From Limnothrix sp. BL-A-16 (GTDB lineage Bacteria; Cyanobacteriota; Cyanobacteriia; CACIAM-69d): DNA of 64,000 nt. The notes beneath the pieces are model-generated. The model did not search any database, was not told where the DNA came from, and was given only the letters and a program-made list of their open reading frames with translations. How positions within the stretch are numbered: the stretch's first letter is position 1; every line of letters begins with the position of its first letter. The DNA is taken from NCBI GenBank assembly GCA_041937175.2, contig CP166615.1:2688001-2752000 (forward strand). The letters run 5' to 3'. The translations under genes were made by a program, and so were the position numbers. Of the stretch, positions 49,505 through 58,171 are shown piece by piece.

Positions 49505-49600
49505 GACAGGCGGTCAAATCGCCCAAAACCCTGATTCCATCGTCACGCAATCGCGAGGAACCAAGGAGCAACAGGCGATCATCACAGAAGATCATCACAG

Positions 49601-49622
49601 ACAAGGGGCTTAAGCCCCTTGT
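49601..49622. repeat. 22-bp dispersed palindrome (copy 2)
   Basis: ACAAGGGGCTTAAGCCCCTTGT, flanked by 12-bp and 19-bp local duplications. Confidence 0.9.
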
Positions 49623-49763
49623 TACAGCAATTGGGGCTTGTTACAGCAATGGGGGCGAGGATTGATCATCAGTCTCCTCGGCAACTCAGGCCCCGGTAAG
49701 TTGGTCCCCGAAAATTCAAACCGGCCTCAAAAAAACACAAAAAACAAGTCGAGTGTTTCACCT

Positions 49764-50516
49764 ATGGCTCTCTCTCGTCGTGCGCTAATTCGGCAATCCT
49801 TGGCTGCGGCTGCGGGCTTCACCCTGGCTGATTGGCTGCTGTGGGGACAAGATCGGGCGATCGCCGCCCCGATCGCCCAAACCACCCCGACCGTACCCGA
49901 AATTTTCAAAGTACCGCCCTTGCCCTACGCCTACGACGCGCTGCAACCGACCATCGATCGGGAAACGATGGAGTTTCACCACGACAAGCACCACGCCGCC
50001 TATGTCAAAAACTTGAACACCGCGATCGCGCCTTACCCCGAGCTGCACAAGCGCTCGATCAAAGATCTGATCAGCAATCTCGACGCGCTGCCCGCCAACA
50101 TTCGCGCCGCCGTTCGCAACAATGGCGGCGGTCACGACAACCACAGCCTATTTTGGGAAAGCATGGGCCCCAACGCGGGCGGCCAACCCACCGGGGCGAT
50201 CGCCCGGGCCATTACAGACACCTTTGGCAGCTTTGAAGCCATGCAAACCGCATTCAACCAGGCGGGAGCCAAGCGCTTTGGCAGTGGCTGGGCTTGGCTA
50301 GTGCTCGATCGCCAAGGAAAACTGGCCATCACCAGCACCGCCAACCAGGACAGCCCGCGCATGGAAGGCCAAATTCCCCTGCTCGGCAATGATGTTTGGG
50401 AACATGCCTACTACTTGAACTATCGCAACCGGCGCGATCAGTATCTCCAGCAGTGGTGGAATGTGGTGAACTGGCCGGTGATTAACCAGCGCTACGAAGC
50501 CGCTCAAGCCGCTTAA
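49764..50516 (+). CDS. sodA: Superoxide dismutase (Mn-type) with twin-arginine-like leader
   Basis: [19 protein letters not shown] (Mn-type GGG), [15 protein letters not shown] and DVWEHAYY; N-terminal SRRALI..AIA. Confidence 0.9.
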   Translation: MALSRRALIRQSLAAAAGFTLADWLLWGQDRAIAAPIAQTTPTVPEIFKVPPLPYAYDALQPTIDRETMEFHHDKHHAAYVKNLNTAIAPYPELHKRSIKDLISNLDALPANIRAAVRNNGGGHDNHSLFWESMGPNAGGQPTGAIARAITDTFGSFEAMQTAFNQAGAKRFGSGWAWLVLDRQGKLAITSTANQDSPRMEGQIPLLGNDVWEHAYYLNYRNRRDQYLQQWWNVVNWPVINQRYEAAQAA

Positions 50517-50760
50517 AACTCACAGATCGCGGCGCATTGATTTTCCATGTCCTAGTCGTCGCAACAAGGGCATGGAAGATCAACTGTTTCAGCATCATCT
50601 CGAAATAATGACGACAGGCCCTAAGCCCCTTGTTACGACCATTAGGGCACGGAAAATCAACCGTTTCAGCCTCACCTCGAAAAATGACGACACCCCCTAG
50701 GCCCCTTGTCCCCTGAGATTTGGCACAGTTTCTGGGGATTTGAGGCCCCAAACTCGATGC

Positions 50761-51249
50761 CTAAAACACCTCTAGGTTTAAGACATAGCGACCCAAAGGC
50801 AAATTCTGGGCCCAAAGCTCATATTCCAAACGCACCCAATCGGGAACCGGCCGGCCCGACAGGGTGAGGCTGCGGGTGAAGTTGCGGAGGCGAATTTGTT
50901 CGTAGCCCTGATCTGTGGCTTCCTGGAGCCAATAGCGACTGATGCCATAGACCCCCCGTTCCCACAGGTGGCGGTAATGGAAACCGCTGGCGCTTTGCAT
51001 GGTTAACACAGCCCGCTGAGGGGAAAGTTCCAACCACAGGCTGCGATCGCCCTGGGGTTCCGCATTGGCCGCATAACCGGGCATCAGCACCGGCTCGATC
51101 GCCTTTACTGCCGGTTCCGCGAGCAGAATATGGAAGCGATCGCGCTCGTTTTCGTAAATCGTGGCGGAAGTTTCGATCGAGGCGGCCGTTGGTAAATCTA
51201 ACGACAACAGCGACAGGCTAATCGGACGGCGGTGACGAATCGGCGACAT
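50761..51249 (-). CDS. Conserved cyanobacterial hypothetical protein
   Basis: HRRPISLSL..SIETSATIY..RFHILL..LWLELSP..YRHLWE.GVYGISRYWL..LRNFTRSL..EYELW; start placed at ATG 51249. Confidence 0.75.
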   Translation of the reverse strand: MSPIRHRRPISLSLLSLDLPTAASIETSATIYENERDRFHILLAEPAVKAIEPVLMPGYAANAEPQGDRSLWLELSPQRAVLTMQSASGFHYRHLWERGVYGISRYWLQEATDQGYEQIRLRNFTRSLTLSGRPVPDWVRLEYELWAQNLPLGRYVLNLEVF

Positions 51250-51439
51250 AGGTTGCGGCCTTGTTGGCTCAGGAGAAGCATCACGCGCAAAACCCGGAAA
51301 GCGATAGGATTGTCGGGCGAGCCTGGGCGATGGGTTTGCCAAGCCCCTAGGGCCCGGTAAGCCAATTACTGCCGAGGGCAATTTTGCCTGCGGCCATTCT
51401 CCCGGCGCGATCGCGAGTCCGAACCCTGTCGATCTTCCG

Positions 51440-52789
51440 ATGCTTCACCCGATCGTAACATCCGAATTTGTAAACGCCCGCCAACGGCTGATCCTTTCTC
51501 CCACCGCCGAGGGCTGCCCCCTCGTGGGTCGCGTGCGGATCCCCGGCGACAAGTCCATTTCCCACCGGGCCCTGATGCTAGGGGCCTTGGCGGAAGGGGA
51601 AACAACCATTGAGGGCTTGTTGTTAGGCGAAGATCCCCGCAGTACCGCCGCTTGCTTCCGAGCCTTGGGAGCCGAAATCAGCGATCTGAACACCGATCGG
51701 GTGACCGTGCGCGGCATTGGCATCGGCAATCTTCAGGAGCCGATCAGGGTGTTGGATGCGGGCAACTCGGGCACAACCCTGCGGCTGATGTTAGGCATTT
51801 TGGCTTCCCATCCTGATCGTTTTTTTACCATTACGGGCGATGACTCCCTGCGATCGCGGCCCATGGGTCGGGTCGTGAAGCCCCTGACCATGATGGGGGC
51901 ACAAATTTGGGGCCGTCGTGACAACACCCTCGCGCCCCTGGCCGTGCGGGGCCAATCCCTAAAACCCATTCATTACCAATCCCCGATCGCCTCGGCCCAA
52001 GTAAAATCCTGCATTCTGCTGGCGGGGTTGATGACCGAAGGACAAACCACCGTCAGTGAACCGGCTCTGTCACGTGACCACAGTGAGCGGATGTTGCGGG
52101 CGTTTGGGGCGGAAGTGATCGTGGATCCGGAGACCATTAGCGCCACGGTAGTTGGCCCGGCCAAGCTCCAGGGCCAACGGGTGATCGTACCTGGGGATAT
52201 CAGTTCAGCGGCCTTTTGGTTGGTGGCGGCGGCGATCGTGCCTGGCTCTGACCTGACGATCGAGAACGTGGGCATTAACCCCACGCGCACCGGTATTTTG
52301 GACGTGCTGCACCAGATGGGAGCCAACATCACCCTCGAAAACGAGCGGGATGCAGCGGGCGAACCGGTGGCAGATTTGCGGGTGCGCTATGGGCCCCTCA
52401 CCGGTTGCGAAATTGGCGGGGCCCGGATTCCTCGGTTGGTGGACGAAATTCCCATTTTGGCCGTGGCGGCAACCGTGGCCCAGGGCAAAACCGTGATTCG
52501 CGATGCGGAAGAGTTACGAGTGAAGGAGAGCGATCGCCTGGCGGTGATGGCGGCGGCCCTGCAAAAAATGGGGGCCCAGGTGACGGAGCAGCCGGATGGG
52601 CTGGAAATTACTGGCCCGGTGCAACTGCGGGGGGCCGATGTGGACAGCCACACGGATCATCGAATTGCCATGAGCCTGGCGATCGCGGCGTTGGTGGCCC
52701 AAGGAACCACCACCATCGATCGGGCAGAGGCGGCAGCCATTTCCTACCCGGACTTTGTGCCCACCCTGGAGCGGCTCACCCAAGGTTAA
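51440..52789 (+). CDS. aroA: 3-phosphoshikimate 1-carboxyvinyltransferase (EPSP synthase)
   Basis: [36 protein letters not shown] and DHRIAMS. Confidence 0.97.
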   Translation: MLHPIVTSEFVNARQRLILSPTAEGCPLVGRVRIPGDKSISHRALMLGALAEGETTIEGLLLGEDPRSTAACFRALGAEISDLNTDRVTVRGIGIGNLQEPIRVLDAGNSGTTLRLMLGILASHPDRFFTITGDDSLRSRPMGRVVKPLTMMGAQIWGRRDNTLAPLAVRGQSLKPIHYQSPIASAQVKSCILLAGLMTEGQTTVSEPALSRDHSERMLRAFGAEVIVDPETISATVVGPAKLQGQRVIVPGDISSAAFWLVAAAIVPGSDLTIENVGINPTRTGILDVLHQMGANITLENERDAAGEPVADLRVRYGPLTGCEIGGARIPRLVDEIPILAVAATVAQGKTVIRDAEELRVKESDRLAVMAAALQKMGAQVTEQPDGLEITGPVQLRGADVDSHTDHRIAMSLAIAALVAQGTTTIDRAEAAAISYPDFVPTLERLTQG

Positions 52790-52884
52790 TCGGCCTTCAA
52801 GTGGATCGAACCGATCGATCGGGCGGGTGAGCCAGTTATGGTGAGCCAGTGATATTGATCGAGCAGATTAATCAGGCAAATTAA

Positions 52885-53808
52885 TCAAGCCGAGTTTGAT
52901 CGCGCCCCAACTGCCAGGCTGCGGCGCGTGATTTCCAAGTACACCGCCTCCAGACCCACGGGCTGGCGGGCCAAACCATCGATCGGCAGGCCCGCCAACC
53001 GCTCCAGCAACTCCGGCAAACTGAGGGACTCCGGCAACCACAACACCAATTCCCCCCCAGCTTCCCGCCAAGGCCAGCCCAGTTGCACCACCCGTTCGAT
53101 CGTCCCGGCGCGATCGGCCGTCGTGACCCGCACCAGCTCAGCGGCGGGAATGGTCGATCGCAGCTCCGCCAAAGTTCCCTCCAGCGCGATCGCCCCCTGA
53201 CTCAAAATTCCAATTCGATCGCACAGGCGCTCCGCCTCCTCCAGCAAATGGGTGGTCAGCAGCACTGTCAAACCCTGCTTTTTCAGATCCCGAATCATGG
53301 CCCACAGGTCATAGCGGGCTTCCAAGTCCAAACCCGCCGTGGGTTCATCCAAAATCACCAACTTGGGCCGATGCACCAGGGCGATCGCCACATTCAACCG
53401 CCGCTGCATCCCGCCGCTGAGGGTTTCCACGGGACTATCGGCGCGATCGGTTAAGCCCACCCAAGCCAAACATTGAGCCAAACGCGATCGCCGCTCCGAT
53501 CGCCGCAAACCATACAAGCTGGCAAAAAAATCTAAATTCTCAGTACAGGTCAGACTTTTATAGAGCAAGTTTTCCTGGGGGGCAATTCCCAACCAATGGC
53601 GGGGAGCCTGGGCCAAGGGGCGATCGCCCAACCACAACTCACCCCCATCAGCCGCCAACAGGCGACCCAGGATATTAATCGTTGTGCTTTTGCCCGCGCC
53701 GTTGGGGCCCAGCAGCCCATAAATTTCGCCCGGTCGCAAGGACAAACTCAGTCCTCGCAATACCGGGCGATCGTCATAGGATTTAGTTAACCGTTCAATT
53801 CGCAACAT
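52885..53808 (-). CDS. ABC-2/multidrug-type transporter ATP-binding protein
   Basis: GPNGAGKST, LSGGMQRR, ILDEPTAGLD and LTTHLLEEAERLCD. Confidence 0.93.
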   Translation of the reverse strand: MLRIERLTKSYDDRPVLRGLSLSLRPGEIYGLLGPNGAGKSTTINILGRLLAADGGELWLGDRPLAQAPRHWLGIAPQENLLYKSLTCTENLDFFASLYGLRRSERRSRLAQCLAWVGLTDRADSPVETLSGGMQRRLNVAIALVHRPKLVILDEPTAGLDLEARYDLWAMIRDLKKQGLTVLLTTHLLEEAERLCDRIGILSQGAIALEGTLAELRSTIPAAELVRVTTADRAGTIERVVQLGWPWREAGGELVLWLPESLSLPELLERLAGLPIDGLARQPVGLEAVYLEITRRSLAVGARSNSA

Positions 53809-53823
53809 GCTGCGCTGAACCCA

Positions 53824-53905
53824 TGCGGATAATAGGACTTGAACCTACACGCCTTGCGGCACTAGAACCTAAATCTAGCGCGTCTACCAATTCCGCCATA
53901 TCCGC
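53824..53905 (-). tRNA. trnL: tRNA-Leu (anticodon TAG)
   Basis: GCGGATATGGCGGAATTGGTAGACGCGCTAGATTTAGGTTCTAGTGCCGCAAGGCGTGTAGGTTCAAGTCCTATTATCCGCA folds as a cloverleaf with a long variable arm; CCA not encoded. Confidence 0.96.
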
Positions 53906-53975
53906 TTAAGCCCAGACATCATAGCAAAATCCCCCCACTTCGGCAATCGTCATTTCATGCCAGTTGGGGAAGCCG

Positions 53976-55262
53976 TCACCGGTTCCGCACCGGCCGCGCC
54001 ACAATCACATAATCATCCAGTCCGTAATTCAGATCAAAGGTTGCACCGGCATAATCCCGCCGTAGACGACTAATCCTAGACTGCGAAGGCAAATTTTTAA
54101 TCGCAAATTGTTTGAACTCTTGTTTACCTAAGGGCGATCGCTGACCGGTGGAATTGAGATAGCAATACCATTCCAAATCAAGATTCAGCATTCGCAAAAA
54201 CGTGATGACGGCAGCTTTTTCTTGGGTATCCGTCAGCGATCGATCATTGAGTCCTTGAAAGGATCGAAACTTTTTATCTTGAATCACGAACAACACATAG
54301 CCCACGTCGCTCAAGCTATGGCTAATGATGCGCTGATATTGTTGTAGAAAAATTGCGCGCTCCACGGAATCCCAGGGGAAACAATGGGCGATTGTGATCC
54401 AATCAAAGAATTTCTGTGGCAACTGTGATCGGGAATCTTCCTGGAGGTTGAGCGTTTTGAATTGGATATAACTTTGGTCACTAATTCCCATTGCCAGAGA
54501 CCATTGCCTTAGCAGTTGATGCCCAATATCTTGAAAGGCAGATTGACAGTCAACAGAGCAATAATTCAAGACATGATCGGGCGATCGTACTTCTGGATCA
54601 AGCAATTCCCGCAACAATAACAGCCCAAACAGCGTTGTACCTGGCCCCGCCGCTAAGTCCAGAATTCGAGGTTGTCTTGGTAATTGCTGGCGTTCATAAA
54701 TCAGTAGCCAACTAATAAAAAGACAGAGGGTATTTTCTAGAAAATATTCTAATAAATAAGCTTCCGCAGAATATTGGAAGCAGTACGTGGGACTTGCCCC
54801 ACCTTTTAGCAATCGTAAATCTCCTAAAGCATCCCTGAGAGCCTGCTTTTGAGCCGATGTTTTCCGGGAGGAAAGTTGCTGCTCAATGTGTTTCGTTAGG
54901 ATGATCTCCAGAGGGTGAAACACCGCCTCCGGCAGCCCGGTGGTTTGCCACAATCCCTGGTCGATCGCCCGTAGCTTCAGTTGTTGTTTTAGGTCTTGGC
55001 AGCGATCGGGATTTGGCTCGCAATAGGGGGAAGTTTGGGCAGCGGCGCGTTGGGCCTGTTGCAGGGTTTTGAGCTGCGATCGCGCTTCGCGTAAATCCTG
55101 CTCCTGTTGCAGAAAATCTACACAAAGCCGCGCCAAGGGTGACTGAACTAAACCGCGCTGTTGCCGTTGTGCAATTAGCAGTCGCACCTGGCGGATATCT
55201 CGCCGCTGGAGGGCCGCCGCCAATTGACGATCGCTCCACCATTGCCGCAGGGCTTCAATCAT
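53976..55262 (-). CDS. Hypothetical protein: N-terminal helical/coiled-coil region plus class I SAM-methyltransferase-like domain
   Basis: RILDLAAGPGT motif I, YCSVD, FFDWITIAHCF and LSDVGYVLFV; its ATG at 55262 overlaps the end of the radical SAM gene. Confidence 0.7.
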   Translation of the reverse strand: MIEALRQWWSDRQLAAALQRRDIRQVRLLIAQRQQRGLVQSPLARLCVDFLQQEQDLREARSQLKTLQQAQRAAAQTSPYCEPNPDRCQDLKQQLKLRAIDQGLWQTTGLPEAVFHPLEIILTKHIEQQLSSRKTSAQKQALRDALGDLRLLKGGASPTYCFQYSAEAYLLEYFLENTLCLFISWLLIYERQQLPRQPRILDLAAGPGTTLFGLLLLRELLDPEVRSPDHVLNYCSVDCQSAFQDIGHQLLRQWSLAMGISDQSYIQFKTLNLQEDSRSQLPQKFFDWITIAHCFPWDSVERAIFLQQYQRIISHSLSDVGYVLFVIQDKKFRSFQGLNDRSLTDTQEKAAVITFLRMLNLDLEWYCYLNSTGQRSPLGKQEFKQFAIKNLPSQSRISRLRRDYAGATFDLNYGLDDYVIVARPVRNR

Positions 55263-56199
55263 AGCCAAATCCTGCCTGGCGTTCACAAAGCTCTAGATCA
55301 TATTGCCCTTTAGCAATTAGGCGTAAAATATCATTTTTAAGCAGCTCATAATGTTTTTCTTCACAGTCGTACCACCAAGCAAACTGCTGTTTTAGGGCCG
55401 TAGCGATGGGGCGGGTAGAAGCCTGGCGCATCCGATTGCCCCGATCGGGATGGAATGGTTGCAACACCACCCGATCAGCAATAGCCAACCGCTGCACCAA
55501 TCTGGGCAAATCGGCCGGCTCCGTGGGCAACAGCGGCGTGAGGGTGACGGATAGTTTGGGAATGTAAACGTCGTGATCAGGTGATAGGGCAATACTGTAG
55601 CGAAAACGCTGCAACGCCTGAAACCGAGAGGCAATACTGGGCGATCGCTCCTCAAACACCCGCCGCACGGTCTCGGAACCGGTGGGAATACTCATGTTGA
55701 TTCGCAACCGCTGGAACCGCTGCAACAGATCGAGATCACGCACGATCGCCGGGCTGCGAGTTTGGATCACGAGTGTCGGTTGATAGGGAAGCAGGGTTGC
55801 TAATAGGGCCCTTGTAAGCTGGGTTTTTGCCTCGATCGGCTGGTAGGGATCAGTGCTAGTACTCATATAGATACTGGGCGGTTGGTCGTGATGCCGAAAC
55901 CAGCGTTCTAGCTCTTTTTCCAGCACTGCCACGGCGTTGGTTTTAACCACCACCCAATTGCCCCAATCGTCCCGCCACCGAGCTGTGGGGCTAAAAGCTG
56001 CCGCATAGCAGTAGGTGCAAGCGTACTGACAGCCTTGGTAGGGATTGAGAGTAAAGTCGTAGGCTCCGATGAAGCCAGAAGCGGGCATCAGCAGCGATCT
56101 GGCTCGGGTTTGATAGGCCTGGGCTGTACCAAAGGCAGCACCCGACGGCGGCGCAGGCGATCGAGCAGGAAATTCCGGCAGAGCAGTAAAGTCGGCCAT
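55255..56199 (-). CDS. SPL-like (spore photoproduct lyase family) radical SAM protein
   Basis: LNPYQGCQYACTYCYA (CxxxCxxC), MSTSTDPYQPIE, IQTRSP.IVRDLD and RRVFE..SPSI..R. Confidence 0.9.
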   Translation of the reverse strand: MADFTALPEFPARSPAPPSGAAFGTAQAYQTRARSLLMPASGFIGAYDFTLNPYQGCQYACTYCYAAAFSPTARWRDDWGNWVVVKTNAVAVLEKELERWFRHHDQPPSIYMSTSTDPYQPIEAKTQLTRALLATLLPYQPTLVIQTRSPAIVRDLDLLQRFQRLRINMSIPTGSETVRRVFEERSPSIASRFQALQRFRYSIALSPDHDVYIPKLSVTLTPLLPTEPADLPRLVQRLAIADRVVLQPFHPDRGNRMRQASTRPIATALKQQFAWWYDCEEKHYELLKNDILRLIAKGQYDLELCERQAGFGYD

Positions 56200-56302
56200 C
56201 GCTCAAAAATCTCAGAATCAATCGACTCATCATCCGTCGGTAAACTTACGCCAGTTTATGCAATTTCAGCCCGGTCGGATGCCAACCCATTCAACCTCTG
56301 CG

Positions 56303-57832
56303 CTAAGCATGGTCGATCGCCTTGAGGGCGGTGTATTGGGGTTCAGCAATTTTGTTGGCTGCAAATAGGGTATCGGCAATTTCTCCAAGGGTGAGCACCG
56401 CGTGCGATCGATAGCCTTTGGCGGCCAAGCGTTCCTTGGCTCCCGTGTTGTGGTCAATGAACACCACCAAATCGGTGACCCGCAGCCCCACCGATTCCAA
56501 CTTGCCAATCCCCTCGATCGCGCTTTTCCCGGAAATCAAAATGTCATCCACCACCACCGCCGTTTCGCCGGGGGTGAAATTCCCTTCCACCACCCGCTGA
56601 GTGCCGTGGGCTTTCACTTCCTTGCGCGGAAAGATCATGGGGCGATTGAGGTGCAAGGCCAAGCCGGTGGCCGTGGGCAAGGAACCGTAGGGAATGCCGG
56701 CCAGGCGATCGAACATTAGGGGAGCCACCCGATCGGCATAGGCCAGCAGGATTTTGTGAAAAACTTGGGGATTCGAGATGATTTGCCGCAAGTCCACGTA
56801 ATAGGGAAAGGTGGCCCCGGAAGCCTGCACATAGTCGCCAAACAAAATGCAGCCCAAGTCAAAGAGCTGCACAATCAATTCCGCATGGGGATGGGCGCTG
56901 GTGTTGGCGCTGGCGGGAGCGGGCAACCACAGGGGGCAGGCTTCCGCGATCGGCCCGCAAACGGCCGCCTGAGCTTGGGTGAGTCGATCGCGCAGTTGCG
57001 TAATTTGGCGGCGGGGTTCTGGGTGACTAAGGGCCGCCCGAGGCACTAACACAATCAATCCATCACCATCGGCCGCCAGGCCCGCTTGCAGGGTTTGGCG
57101 CAGGTTGTCATCCAGGCGATCGCCCGTGGCCTTGTCCAGGTCTTGGCTGTAGTCCACCGTTGCCAGCCCCGCCCCTGACCAAGCCCCCCGCAACAAAATG
57201 GGCGCTTCTGGAGCCACCGCCCGCAGCCGCCGCAAAATTTCCGGATCCGCCGCTTCCAGTTCCAAGCCCATTTGGCTGGGAATGCCCCAGGTTTGCACCT
57301 CGCGGGCCAAGCTGAGGTAGCGGGGTTCGGCATCGGGGGCCGGGTCTTGCAAAACGCGGGCGGAGGGGTTTTCGGTATAACACAGGGCAAACAGGGCGCG
57401 ATCGGCTTGGAGCAAAAAGGGCGCGGCGTGATCTTGACCCGAAAAGGGCACGATCGTCACGGCATCTACCTGCCAGCGATCGAACGCCGTGCGGGCAAAC
57501 AGGCCGCTGTTGATCCAGTCCGCATGTTTGGCATCCAAAATGACGGGCAATTCTGCTGGAATGGTGTGCCGCAACAGGTCTTCTAAGAGGGCCAAGCCTG
57601 CCGCCCCAAATAGCAAATAGGGATCGATCGCCACTTTGTAGGCACAAACCAAATCCGCCGTTTGGGCCACCATGGTTCGCAGCCAGTCCCCCAAGGCCGT
57701 CAGGGGGCGATCAACTCCGGCCGCAATGTCGGCCACAGCCGCTTCCAAAAAGTCAGAACTCGGATCCAAACTGAGGCACAGCAAACTCCCGCGCGATTGG
57801 GTCGCCCGGTGTAATTTATCGATAAATGTCAT
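56303..57832 (-). CDS. pyrFE: Bifunctional orotidine-5'-phosphate decarboxylase / orotate phosphoribosyltransferase
   Basis: SLLCLSLDP, VCAYK and ILDAKHAD; FGDYVQASG..PYYVDLR, RKEVKAHGT and VVVDDILISG. Confidence 0.92.
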   Translation of the reverse strand: MTFIDKLHRATQSRGSLLCLSLDPSSDFLEAAVADIAAGVDRPLTALGDWLRTMVAQTADLVCAYKVAIDPYLLFGAAGLALLEDLLRHTIPAELPVILDAKHADWINSGLFARTAFDRWQVDAVTIVPFSGQDHAAPFLLQADRALFALCYTENPSARVLQDPAPDAEPRYLSLAREVQTWGIPSQMGLELEAADPEILRRLRAVAPEAPILLRGAWSGAGLATVDYSQDLDKATGDRLDDNLRQTLQAGLAADGDGLIVLVPRAALSHPEPRRQITQLRDRLTQAQAAVCGPIAEACPLWLPAPASANTSAHPHAELIVQLFDLGCILFGDYVQASGATFPYYVDLRQIISNPQVFHKILLAYADRVAPLMFDRLAGIPYGSLPTATGLALHLNRPMIFPRKEVKAHGTQRVVEGNFTPGETAVVVDDILISGKSAIEGIGKLESVGLRVTDLVVFIDHNTGAKERLAAKGYRSHAVLTLGEIADTLFAANKIAEPQYTALKAIDHA

Positions 57833-58171
57833 AGGAATTGCAGGGAAATCTCAACAGAAATCTCAGAGAATGTCTGAAAAGGAGCTTAGATTATTGGCAA
57901 AACACTTGAACCCGGATCACCGGCTAAGAAGCTTTGAATTGTAGAGAGTTAGGCCCCTGCGCTCCGTCAATTGCCATACGGACAGAATGCCCCGGAGTGG
58001 CCCAGGGTTCCCTGGTTAATGGAGTAGGATAGGGGCACTTTTTCCGCTGAATACCGTTGCGGATCGGCCATGGATTGAACCTGGGGGTTGAGTTCAGGGA
58101 TTTCAGTCCATGGTGCTGGCTTTGGGCGTTGCGCGCGCCGCTAAATCTTCACCCTGCGGGGCACGTTGTCG

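Noticed and set aside
53824..56199. Integrative element or prophage at tRNA-Leu
   Set aside because: No integrase and no duplicated tRNA 3' end seen; the genes lie 5' of the tRNA and contain HIP1 sites.
56303..57832. Degenerate PyrF domain
   Set aside because: The catalytic Lys (CAYK) and the DxKxxD motif (DAKHAD) are intact.
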